Assembly: GCA_023415725.1 (NCBI GenBank)
Contig: JAEZJR010000271.1
Span: 1 to 54,520, forward strand
Source of the DNA: Acidobacteriota bacterium
Lineage (GTDB): Bacteria > Acidobacteriota > Blastocatellia > Pyrinomonadales > Pyrinomonadaceae
Direction of reading: 5' to 3'
Length of the DNA: 54,520 nt
In this document: in pieces, positions 18,050 through 26,703 of the stretch
Layout of the letters: each line of letters begins with the position of its first letter
How positions within the stretch are numbered: the stretch's first letter is position 1
Notes under the pieces: model-generated
The model's input: the letters and a program-made list of their open reading frames with translations, nothing else
Told to the model about the DNA's origin: nothing
Databases searched by the model: none
Made by a program: the position numbers and the translations under genes

Positions 18050-19639
18050 ATGAACCCCGAAAGCCGACGAACTCCATATATTTGGAAGCCGCTCTTCATT
18101 GGAGGAGCAGCGGTGTTCCTATATGCCGGCGTTCTGGTAAAACTCACAAGAGATTGGTGGACGGACGAGAACTACTCACATGGCCTCTTGGTCCCGGTGG
18201 TCATTGCATTCATTTTGCTGCGTGAGATATCGAAACTCCGACTAGCGAGGCAGGCTCCAAGTGCCAATTACGGAATTCCGCTATTACTAATTGCATTAGC
18301 TCTCCTCTTCGCCGGCACCCTCGGCGCTGAACTGTATCTACAAAGGATCTCGTTGGTCGTATTTTTATCGGCCCTCATCATTTGCTTCTTCGGTAGGCGG
18401 CTACTGTGGAATTTATGGGTGCCGCTCGTCCTTTTGTTGCTCTCGATACCCGTACCGCAGCTCCTGTTCAATAAGGTCGCGTTCCCGCTCCAGTTGTGGG
18501 CTTCGAGGCTCGCCGAAGTTTGCATGAGCCTCGTTGGGATCCCTGCGATCCGAAACGGAAATATCATTGAATTGGTCCCGTTGGGTACGACTCAGGTTGC
18601 GGCCCTTGAAGTAGTTGAGGCATGTAGCGGTATCAGGTCGCTTATGACCCTTGCCGCGCTTGCCGTACTGCTGGCGTATTTCACTCGATCGGGCCGTGCA
18701 GATGTGATCGGGTCGCCGAGGGAACTGTTGAGGGACCCGTTAGTGTGGCGGGCCTTCGTTTTAGTACTTCTGGCGGTGCCGATCGCGCTAGTAACGAATG
18801 CACTTCGAGTCGCAGGCACCGGAGTGGTTACGTACCTGTATGGAGTAGAAACGGCCGAAGGGGCGTGGCACGATCTCTCCGGATTCGGGGTATTCGTTAT
18901 CGCCTTCATACTTTTGGCGATCTCGAATTTCGTTTTGTTGAGGTGTTTTCCGAAAAGTAGGTCAGCACCGAACACCCCGGTTGTTCATCATCCACCCGCC
19001 CCTCAGCAATTGGTCCTCACCGTTTTCATTATGGTCCTATCAGCCGGAGTCATGATCAATTGGTTGGACCAACGCGGGGAGGTGGCAATGGAGCGCCGTA
19101 GCCTGTCTCGTTTTCCGATCTATCTCGACGGAACCACGATGACCGGAATAGAAAGCCGATTTCCGGAAGCCACAGAAAAGGTTCTGGGCGCGAGCGATTA
19201 CGTTATGCGTGACTATCGAAGTCCGGCAGGCCAAAAACTGAATCTCTATATCGGCTATTACAGATCCCAGAGAACTGGGACCACATATCACAGTCCGCGC
19301 AATTGCCTACCTGGTACCGGCTGGGAGATGAAGGAACTCGATCCCGTTGAAATAACGACGGCAGACGGGGGCACATTCACGGCAAACAAATATATGGTGA
19401 AAAGGGGCGATTACCGGGGATTGATGATCTATTGGTACCAGGGCCGAGGCAGAACCAATTCGAGCGAATACTGGGACAAACTTGGAACTATCGCGGATAG
19501 CGTCCTCAAAAACCGCTCCGACGGAGCGATGGTGCGGATAATGACCCAGGTGGGAAGTGATGAACGGGCCGCACTTGAGGAAGCGGTGTCATTCTCCTCG
19601 ATAGTAGCGGCGAGGTTGCCGCTTTACGTGCCGAATTGA
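18050..19639 (+). CDS. Exosortase fused to an EpsI-family domain
   Basis: N-terminal ~300 aa: WTDENYSHGLLVP plus multi-TM exosortase core, with candidate catalytic Cys192 (EACSGIRS), Arg253 (NALRV) and His274 (AWHDLSGFG). After an extra TM (~aa 320-340) comes EpsI-like sequence (ASDYVMRDYR...LYIGYYRSQRTGTTYHSPRNCLPGTGWE). Confidence 0.9.
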   Translation: MNPESRRTPYIWKPLFIGGAAVFLYAGVLVKLTRDWWTDENYSHGLLVPVVIAFILLREISKLRLARQAPSANYGIPLLLIALALLFAGTLGAELYLQRISLVVFLSALIICFFGRRLLWNLWVPLVLLLLSIPVPQLLFNKVAFPLQLWASRLAEVCMSLVGIPAIRNGNIIELVPLGTTQVAALEVVEACSGIRSLMTLAALAVLLAYFTRSGRADVIGSPRELLRDPLVWRAFVLVLLAVPIALVTNALRVAGTGVVTYLYGVETAEGAWHDLSGFGVFVIAFILLAISNFVLLRCFPKSRSAPNTPVVHHPPAPQQLVLTVFIMVLSAGVMINWLDQRGEVAMERRSLSRFPIYLDGTTMTGIESRFPEATEKVLGASDYVMRDYRSPAGQKLNLYIGYYRSQRTGTTYHSPRNCLPGTGWEMKELDPVEITTADGGTFTANKYMVKRGDYRGLMIYWYQGRGRTNSSEYWDKLGTIADSVLKNRSDGAMVRIMTQVGSDERAALEEAVSFSSIVAARLPLYVPN

Positions 19640-19699
19640 TGTCTAGTAGATCTTAAATCGCGCGGACGAGCTAAATGGTAGGTATTGAAAAGGATCAAG

Positions 19700-21358
19700 A
19701 TGAGCGTTGAATTCAGAAAAAGAGAGATCGGGGAATATATAAAGATCGTCCGTCGAAGGAAATGGCATGTTCTGTTGCCGACGATTGCGGTTTTTACGGC
19801 CGTTGCGTGGGCGGTTTGGAGTGCTCCGAATATGTACCAGTCCACGGCACTTTTGGCGCTGAAGGCTCCGGCCATATCCGAAAAGGTCGCACCGTCGCTG
19901 ACCGACAGCGACCTGTCCCAGAGGATCCAGACGATCAGCCAGAATATTCTGAGCCGCTCGTCATTAGAGCCGATGGTGGCGAAACACAACCTTTTCGAGA
20001 CTGAGAGGGCCTCCGGAGTTCCGATGGAGGAGATCCTGGTACGGATGCGCAAAAACATCAATGTCGAGTTTGAAAAGGTAGATGAGGAAAAGGTGATCGG
20101 CTTCCGGATCACATACAGGGACCGTACTCCTGAACAGGCTCAAGCCGTGACCGCCGAACTGGCGACAAAGTATATTGCGGTTCCCATGGTCGAAGCCGAT
20201 CAGAGCGCGAAAACGACCCGACAATTCATCGACAACCAGCTCAACAACGCGAAAGCGAACCTCGATGTGCTTGAAAAGCAAAGATTGGAGATCATGTCTC
20301 GCAACGTCGAAACGCTGCCGGAATCCGGCCAGGGACTGATCGCGCAATTGGAAGGTCTTATGAAGCGTGAGGAGACGATCTCGAAAGATAAGGAATCGCT
20401 GCTCGCAGAGAGAGGCCGTGTGCAGGAAAGCATCCGCTCGCTTAACAGCCAGATGCGGCTATTACAGGACTTCAACCAGAAAGAAGCGAATGACGCGATA
20501 GCCCAAGCCTCAAGGATTGAGGATACACCGGCCTATGCTCAACTTGTGCAAAGGCGGGCGGAACTGAACGCGAGGCTGGAAAATCTCCGGAAGCAATACC
20601 GTGACAAGCATCCTGACATTGTTCAAGCGCAGACCGATATTGCCAAGATCAACGAGGAACTTGAAAAGCTGTCACAAAACACCGACCGCCGGGTTAGGCA
20701 GGCCAACCAATCTCTAGCCCGGAAGGCTGATCTTCAAACCCGGAGCCTTCAGATCGAGAAGGATAAGGCAGAGAGTCAAATCGCACAGATCGACCAGCAG
20801 CTCCAGACGAAGGACGAGGAGATGCGCCAGAACGCTGCGGCGGTCAACGTTCTGGAATCCAAGATCAACACTATCCCAAACGTTAAGGTGCAACTCGCCG
20901 GCATCGACAATCAATACCAATCTGCGAAGTTGATTTACGACGAACTACTCAAGAAGTACAACACCGCGCAGGGGAACGTTGAAAGAGAAGAGAATTATCA
21001 GGGTGAGACCATTAGGCTCGTGGACTCTGCAAATTTACCCCAAGCCCCGGTGAACGCGACGAAGAAGCCGATCTTCACGATGATGGGAGGCGGCATCGGC
21101 CTGGCTCTTGGTCTGCTTCTCGCGGGTTTCTATGAAATGCCGCGATTCTTCACCATACAGAACGTCGAGGACGCGAAACACTATACAGGGCTACCCGTCC
21201 TTGCCACGATTCCCCCGATGCTCACTGACGGAGAGGCTGCGCAAAAAAAGCAGATCTACAAGATGAAGTTGTTGGCCGGTGTCGCGGCTAGCATTATTTT
21301 CATTCCGTTACTTATAGCTATTCTGCAGTTTTCCAGACTGTTCGAGCGGCTGAGCTAG
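19700..21358 (+). CDS. Polysaccharide chain-length determinant (Wzz/PCP-like, GumC/EpsF-type)
   Basis: ATG at 19700, preceded by AAGGA. N-terminal Wzz-type TM region, long coiled-coil periplasmic segment, C-terminal TM helices. Confidence 0.85.
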   Translation: MSVEFRKREIGEYIKIVRRRKWHVLLPTIAVFTAVAWAVWSAPNMYQSTALLALKAPAISEKVAPSLTDSDLSQRIQTISQNILSRSSLEPMVAKHNLFETERASGVPMEEILVRMRKNINVEFEKVDEEKVIGFRITYRDRTPEQAQAVTAELATKYIAVPMVEADQSAKTTRQFIDNQLNNAKANLDVLEKQRLEIMSRNVETLPESGQGLIAQLEGLMKREETISKDKESLLAERGRVQESIRSLNSQMRLLQDFNQKEANDAIAQASRIEDTPAYAQLVQRRAELNARLENLRKQYRDKHPDIVQAQTDIAKINEELEKLSQNTDRRVRQANQSLARKADLQTRSLQIEKDKAESQIAQIDQQLQTKDEEMRQNAAAVNVLESKINTIPNVKVQLAGIDNQYQSAKLIYDELLKKYNTAQGNVEREENYQGETIRLVDSANLPQAPVNATKKPIFTMMGGGIGLALGLLLAGFYEMPRFFTIQNVEDAKHYTGLPVLATIPPMLTDGEAAQKKQIYKMKLLAGVAASIIFIPLLIAILQFSRLFERLS

Positions 21359-21383
21359 CATCCCTGGGAGTAGGCCATTATTT

Positions 21384-22340
21384 ATGTACAAAGAGCACTT
21401 TGGACTATTGGAATACCCATTCAGCCTCACGCCAGACCCTCGTTTTATCGTTCCTAATCCGCGGTACAACGAAACGTTGGCCGGTCTTTGTTACGGAATC
21501 GAGATGGCGAAAGGATTGATGGTACTGACTGGGGAGGTGGGAACCGGCAAGACCACGGCGTTACGGTGGATCATTAGTCGTTTGGACCGGGGTGTGCGCT
21601 CCGCCTACATTTTCAATCCCCATCTGTCGATCGAGGAATTCTATCACCAATTGACGGAGGGTTTGCTGATCGGTGATTGGACTAATAAGGCTGATCTTAT
21701 TTCCCAATTAGGAGCATTGTTGAGGATCCGACACGATCGCGGTCTTCGAACGATCGTGATCGTAGACGAGGCCCATCAACTTTCGGACCACGTTCTTGAA
21801 GAGATACGGCTTCTACTCAATTTCGAGTCGGATTCAGCCAAGCACCTTCAGGTGATCCTTACCGGCCAACCCGAACTCCGAGAGCGGTTGAGGCAACCGA
21901 ATCTTCGACAGCTAAAACAGCGTATCGCGGTTCGCTGCGTTATGCCGGTCCTTTCCGATGTTGACGAGACGGAACGCTACATTTCCGAACGCCTCAGGAT
22001 CGCTGGGGCATCTGAACCCGGTATTTTTACCCGCCAAGCCGTCGAAATGATCCACCTTTGTTCAGAGGGGATTCCGAGGCAGGTGAACAATCTGTGCGAT
22101 AACGCGATGATCGCCGCCTTCGGAGTTGGGGTGTGGACGATAGAACGGATGCTGATCGAGGAGGTCGCCGACAATCTCGACATGATGCCGGGTGAACTGT
22201 TTATAAGCGGCAGCGAAGCGTCGCAAAACGTCGCCGTCCGCGCATTCAGCACCACCGGAAAGGCTGATTTGATCGACTCAGACGATCAAGAACTACTGCG
22301 TAATTCGTCGACTGATGCCGCGTCAGAGAAAACCATGTAG
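21384..22340 (+). CDS. ExeA-like AAA ATPase (PEP-CTERM-locus secretion ATPase type)
   Basis: Walker A GEVGTGKTT and Walker B VIVDEAHQL. The N-terminal pattern YKEHFGLLEYPFSLTPDPRF is typical of the ExeA/GspA-like family. Confidence 0.85.
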   Translation: MYKEHFGLLEYPFSLTPDPRFIVPNPRYNETLAGLCYGIEMAKGLMVLTGEVGTGKTTALRWIISRLDRGVRSAYIFNPHLSIEEFYHQLTEGLLIGDWTNKADLISQLGALLRIRHDRGLRTIVIVDEAHQLSDHVLEEIRLLLNFESDSAKHLQVILTGQPELRERLRQPNLRQLKQRIAVRCVMPVLSDVDETERYISERLRIAGASEPGIFTRQAVEMIHLCSEGIPRQVNNLCDNAMIAAFGVGVWTIERMLIEEVADNLDMMPGELFISGSEASQNVAVRAFSTTGKADLIDSDDQELLRNSSTDAASEKTM

Positions 22341-22433
22341 GGATAGCAATGTTATTGGGTGTCTTGGGCAATACCATAATTGTCTGACCCATTTGAAATG
22401 ATTGAACTTGCTTTCGGCAACTATAGGTAAAAC

Positions 22434-23405
22434 ATGAGCTACCTTCAGGCACTCCAGAGGGCCAAACTCGAGCGCGAGACGGCACCCAATAACAAAAGCA
22501 GCGATGTGGCCGCGAGTACCGCTGGCGGAAACGCCCTTCCGGGCATTCTCTCGGGCACGAACCTTGGGATCGGTGGCCCGGCGTCCTCCCTTCGATCAGG
22601 TGTTGTTGATACGGTTGAGTTTACCGTTAACGGGATCGACCCGGCTATACCGATCGATCCGGCATTTGGATCACGTGACGAAATATTATCGGGAATTCCT
22701 GAGATCGCGATCGATGTTTTGGCGGCAGATCCACACGCGGTTTCCGTCACCCAACCACAATCGCTTTATTGCGAGGAATACCGAAGCCTCCGAACTCAGC
22801 TATTAAGGCAAAGCAAGCTCCAAACTCTCCAGGCCATCGTGATCGCTAGTGTGGGCGTGGGCGAGGGTAAATCGATTACCGCCCTTAACCTTGCATGGCT
22901 TCTTGCACAAACTGAAGGAGTCAGTTCACTGCTGATCGATTGCGACCTTCGTCGGCCCAGCATCAGCGGATATCTAGGCCTGAATTTGTCAGACGGCCTA
23001 TCAAACGTATTGGACGGTTCGATGAGCCTTTCCGAGGGGATCGTCAAGGTAATGCCGGCCGGCCTCTATCTTCTGCCTGGTGGAAAGGCGCGGCCGGATG
23101 TCGCCGAATTGATCTCTGGGCCGATGTTCACACATATTCTCGAGGAAGCTCGGAAGATGTTCGACTACGTAATAATCGACGCTCCTCCCCTTGGTGTCTT
23201 CACCGATGCGGCGGTGCTGATAAATCAGGCGGACGCCGCGCTGTTGGTCGTTGCGTCCAACCAGACAAACTACAAAGAAGTAGATCGAGTATTGGAGTCC
23301 GTTCCGAGAGAACGGATGCTTGGAGTTGTTTTGAATAGATCAGATGAGTCTCTCATTGAGAACGGATATTACGACTATCCGTATTACGCGACTGCGAAAC
23401 GTTGA
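22434..23405 (+). CDS. Cytoplasmic BY-type protein tyrosine kinase (CpsD/EpsG-like)
   Basis: Walker A SVGVGEGKS, Walker A' LIDCDLRRP, Walker B YVIIDAPP. C-terminal tyrosine cluster ENGYYDYPYY. Confidence 0.88.
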   Translation: MSYLQALQRAKLERETAPNNKSSDVAASTAGGNALPGILSGTNLGIGGPASSLRSGVVDTVEFTVNGIDPAIPIDPAFGSRDEILSGIPEIAIDVLAADPHAVSVTQPQSLYCEEYRSLRTQLLRQSKLQTLQAIVIASVGVGEGKSITALNLAWLLAQTEGVSSLLIDCDLRRPSISGYLGLNLSDGLSNVLDGSMSLSEGIVKVMPAGLYLLPGGKARPDVAELISGPMFTHILEEARKMFDYVIIDAPPLGVFTDAAVLINQADAALLVVASNQTNYKEVDRVLESVPRERMLGVVLNRSDESLIENGYYDYPYYATAKR

Positions 23406-23452
23406 TCAGAAGATTCACATAACCCTACTCTTCTCAAAACTGACGGATCAGT

Positions 23453-24841
23453 ATGGCTCAAGGAATTAGCCGGAGAACATTTTATCTGATCCTCGCCGAT
23501 ATGGTCGTGATAGTAACGGCTGTGCTGGCGGCGCTTTTGCTGCGCCTCGGCCCTGACGGTTCGAGTACGTATCTGGCTGAGAGCGATGGATGGATAAGGT
23601 TGATCCCCATCGTGCTTGTAAGCCTGGTAGCGCTGTATCTCTACGACCTTTACGACTTTGTAGTGATAAGCAACCGTCGCGAACTAATGCTCAGAGCTAT
23701 CCAGGCACTGGGCTCTTCGTGGCTCGCGATGGCCCTGCTTTATTACTTTGTGCCTTACCTGGAAATTGGGCGTGGCACTGCGATCTATTCGATCGCATTT
23801 TCGTTGTTCCTGCTTTTGTTCCTCCGTGCCGCTCTCCATTTCCTTTTGGGCCACCCGGAGATCGGTGAGAAGGTCCTTATCGTCGGCGACGGCGAGCTCG
23901 CCGTAGATACTGCAAGAGCAGTGACTAAGCGTGTGGATGCGGGATACCGAATAGCTGGGTTCATTTCGAGTGATTTCGACGCCCTCAAGCGGCGACTTCC
24001 GGACGCCCGCAGCCTAGGTTCGCTGGAGGACATGGAGAACGTGGTCGAAAGCGAACGCATCAATTCGATAGTTATCAACACGCAGCAGCTGAACGGATCC
24101 TTTCCGACTGAAGCTCTTCTACGGATGCGTCTCTCGGGCGGGGTCACGATCGAGGAGTTTCCGTCATTTTTTGAACGAGTTACTGCCCGGATCCATCTCG
24201 GAATGTTTCATCCATCCTGGGTGATATTCTCGCAACGCTCACACGATACCCAGCTCAAGGCGGCAGCAAGGGAAGTGTTTTACCGATTTCTGGCTCTTAT
24301 CGGATTGGTGGTTTCGAGTCCCATCGTATTGGTCACGGCAATTTTGATCAAGCTTGAATCGAAAGGCCCGATCCTTTATCGACAGGAGAGGGTCGGGAAA
24401 GATGGTCGTTTGATCGAGGTGATCAAATTCCGATCTATGCGGGTCGACGCCGAAAAAAATGGAGATGCGGTGTGGGCGCGGCCGAACGATGATCGGGTGA
24501 CTCGTGTTGGGCGGATCATTCGAAAGATCAGAGTGGATGAAATACCGCAGTTCTGGAGCATCCTTAAGGGCGACATGAGCTTTATCGGACCTCGTCCCGA
24601 ACGCCCCCATTTCGTGGAGATGTTAGCCACGGAGATTCCGTTCTACGAACACAGACATTTGGTGCATCCCGGTCTAACGGGGTGGGCCCAGATCAAGTAT
24701 CCATATGGAGCCTCGATCGAAGATGCACGAAGGAAACTCGAGTACGACCTCTATTACATCAAGAATCAATCGATAGTGTTAGACGTGATCATACTCTTCG
24801 AAACCATCAAGACGATATTGTTCGGAAGAGGTGCAAGGTAG
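23453..24841 (+). CDS. Priming polyprenyl-phosphate sugar-phosphate transferase (WbaP/EpsB-type bacterial sugar transferase)
   Basis: N-terminal TM helices plus the conserved C-terminal catalytic domain (KFRSM, DEIPQFWSILKGDMSFIGPRP, HPGLTGWAQI). Confidence 0.92.
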   Translation: MAQGISRRTFYLILADMVVIVTAVLAALLLRLGPDGSSTYLAESDGWIRLIPIVLVSLVALYLYDLYDFVVISNRRELMLRAIQALGSSWLAMALLYYFVPYLEIGRGTAIYSIAFSLFLLLFLRAALHFLLGHPEIGEKVLIVGDGELAVDTARAVTKRVDAGYRIAGFISSDFDALKRRLPDARSLGSLEDMENVVESERINSIVINTQQLNGSFPTEALLRMRLSGGVTIEEFPSFFERVTARIHLGMFHPSWVIFSQRSHDTQLKAAAREVFYRFLALIGLVVSSPIVLVTAILIKLESKGPILYRQERVGKDGRLIEVIKFRSMRVDAEKNGDAVWARPNDDRVTRVGRIIRKIRVDEIPQFWSILKGDMSFIGPRPERPHFVEMLATEIPFYEHRHLVHPGLTGWAQIKYPYGASIEDARRKLEYDLYYIKNQSIVLDVIILFETIKTILFGRGAR

Positions 24842-24882
24842 GTTACATAGCCGGCCAGACCGGCCCCCAAATAGGAGTAGGA

Positions 24883-25692
24883 ATGCAACACAAAAGCTCT
24901 GTTTTTTCCGCCGCCAGCTCGTTACTGATGCTTTTTACACTTAGCACGGTGATCAGCGCTCAGACTCCGAATTCGTCGGGGCTGCCAAAAGGATCGAACG
25001 GCGGTGACAAAACAGCCAGCGTATCCGCCAAGGTTCAAGCGACGCCGGATCCGGCAGCCCGATCGCGGGTTGAATCGGAATCGGAAGAAGAGGCTGCAAT
25101 TCTGCCTTACTACAACAACTATCTTCGTGAGTACCATCTCGGCCCCGAAGATGTGATCTCGGTTGAAGTCTTCGGGCAGGCAAACTATTCGAAAACCGGT
25201 ATCGTGATCCCGCCGACGGCGAGAATCTCATACCCGCTAATTCCCGGCGGCGTTTTCGTAGGGGGAAAAAACGTCGATCAGGTCGCTGCGGAGATCAAGC
25301 AAAAACTTGACGAGTACATTATCGATCCCCAGGTCACGGTCACGATTGAAAAGGTCGGTTCGGCCCGCTACAGCGTTCTCGGAAAGGTCGAGAGTCCGGG
25401 GGTGAAAGTGATGAACCGCCGGTACAACCTGTATGAAGCGATCGCGGAGGCCGGTGGAATAAGTAAGGAAGGAGATAAGAATCGAGTTCTACTTATAAGG
25501 CTTGATCCCGCTAATGGATTCAGTCAACAGGTCATTGATATGGAAAAGGTTATGAAGGGGCAGGCCGAAGTGCCGTACCTTGCACCAGGCGACCAGATCG
25601 TGATCCCGGAGAAACGCTGGAGCTTAAGCAAGATCGTTGGGATCCTCGGCAAAGCAAGCGCTTTTCGTATCCTTTTTGGTTCGCCGTTCTAA
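24883..25692 (+). CDS. Polysaccharide export protein (Wza-like, Poly_export + SLBB)
   Basis: Start at the ATG at 24883, after AGGAG (24874-24878). Signal peptide. Motifs YHLGPEDVISVEVFG and a C-terminal GDQIVIPE. The upstream part of the ORF overlaps the preceding gene. Confidence 0.88.
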   Translation: MQHKSSVFSAASSLLMLFTLSTVISAQTPNSSGLPKGSNGGDKTASVSAKVQATPDPAARSRVESESEEEAAILPYYNNYLREYHLGPEDVISVEVFGQANYSKTGIVIPPTARISYPLIPGGVFVGGKNVDQVAAEIKQKLDEYIIDPQVTVTIEKVGSARYSVLGKVESPGVKVMNRRYNLYEAIAEAGGISKEGDKNRVLLIRLDPANGFSQQVIDMEKVMKGQAEVPYLAPGDQIVIPEKRWSLSKIVGILGKASAFRILFGSPF

Positions 25693-25713
25693 TGACAAGG
25701 GGCATCGACTTAT

Positions 25714-26697
25714 ATGTCTCGTTCATCGAGGATAGTTCCGTTCATTCTTATATTCCTGCTTGCCGGGGTTAGCCGGGCCGAGTGGAAGAAGTATCCGTCT
25801 GGCACGATGGCTTGGCTTCACGCGATCCATTTTGTAGACGACAGGAAAGGTTGGATCGTCGGCAGTCGAGGCACGTTGCTATCGACCGAGGACGGAGGAG
25901 AAACATGGGTCGCCGCTAAAAAGTTCACTCAAGATACCATTCGCGACGTTTATTTTTCGGATCCTTTACATGGCTGGCTACTTTGCGAAGGTTCGATCTT
26001 TGGGTCCGGCGATTCTGTTTCATATCTGATGATCACAGTGGACGGAGGCAAGACATGGCAGCGTAAAGAGGCCTTCAAAGGCCGTGATCGCGTGGTTCGA
26101 ATTTTCTTCATGAATTCTAATTTCGGATGCGCGGTAGGCGAGGGAGGAGCGGTATGGTGTTCGGTGGAGAACGAAGAGTCGTGGCGAAAATATCCGCTGC
26201 CGGTCCGTTACCTCATGCTTGACGGCCGTATCCTTGCAGATAAGACACTCGTACTAGTAGGCGGTGGTGGTACAGCCCTTCGAACGGACGATTGGGGGGC
26301 GAACTGGGCATTGGCGACAACTCCCGCAGCGAATAGGGCGAAAGTCAATTCAGTATTTTTCGCCGATGAAAAGAAGGGCTGGGCTGTTGGAGCAGAGGGA
26401 AAGATCTTATTTACACAGAACGGCGGGCAATCGTGGGGCCTGCAGACTACACCTGTGCGATCGGAACTCACCGACGTGTCTTTTTATAGCGCAACATCCG
26501 GGTATGCGGTAGGAGACAACGGCACAGTGGTCAGCACCTCCAATTCCGGCAAAGACTGGAGCGTCGAGCCTACGGAAACAAAACACCGGCTCGAGTCCGT
26601 AAGCACATCGAAGAGTCGCGCTGTCGCAATTGGTTTCGGTGGAATCATCCTTGTAAACGAACTGGGTAAAGAAAATTCCAAGGAGATCACACAGTAA
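25714..26697 (+). CDS. Secreted BNR/Asp-box beta-propeller protein (Ycf48-like)
   Basis: Signal peptide. Repeated Asp-box-like motifs STEDGGETW, TVDGGKTW, RTDDWGANW, TQNGGQSW and TSNSGKDW, spaced ~45-55 aa apart. Confidence 0.8.
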   Translation: MSRSSRIVPFILIFLLAGVSRAEWKKYPSGTMAWLHAIHFVDDRKGWIVGSRGTLLSTEDGGETWVAAKKFTQDTIRDVYFSDPLHGWLLCEGSIFGSGDSVSYLMITVDGGKTWQRKEAFKGRDRVVRIFFMNSNFGCAVGEGGAVWCSVENEESWRKYPLPVRYLMLDGRILADKTLVLVGGGGTALRTDDWGANWALATTPAANRAKVNSVFFADEKKGWAVGAEGKILFTQNGGQSWGLQTTPVRSELTDVSFYSATSGYAVGDNGTVVSTSNSGKDWSVEPTETKHRLESVSTSKSRAVAIGFGGIILVNELGKENSKEITQ

Positions 26698-26703
26698 CAC
26701 CAG

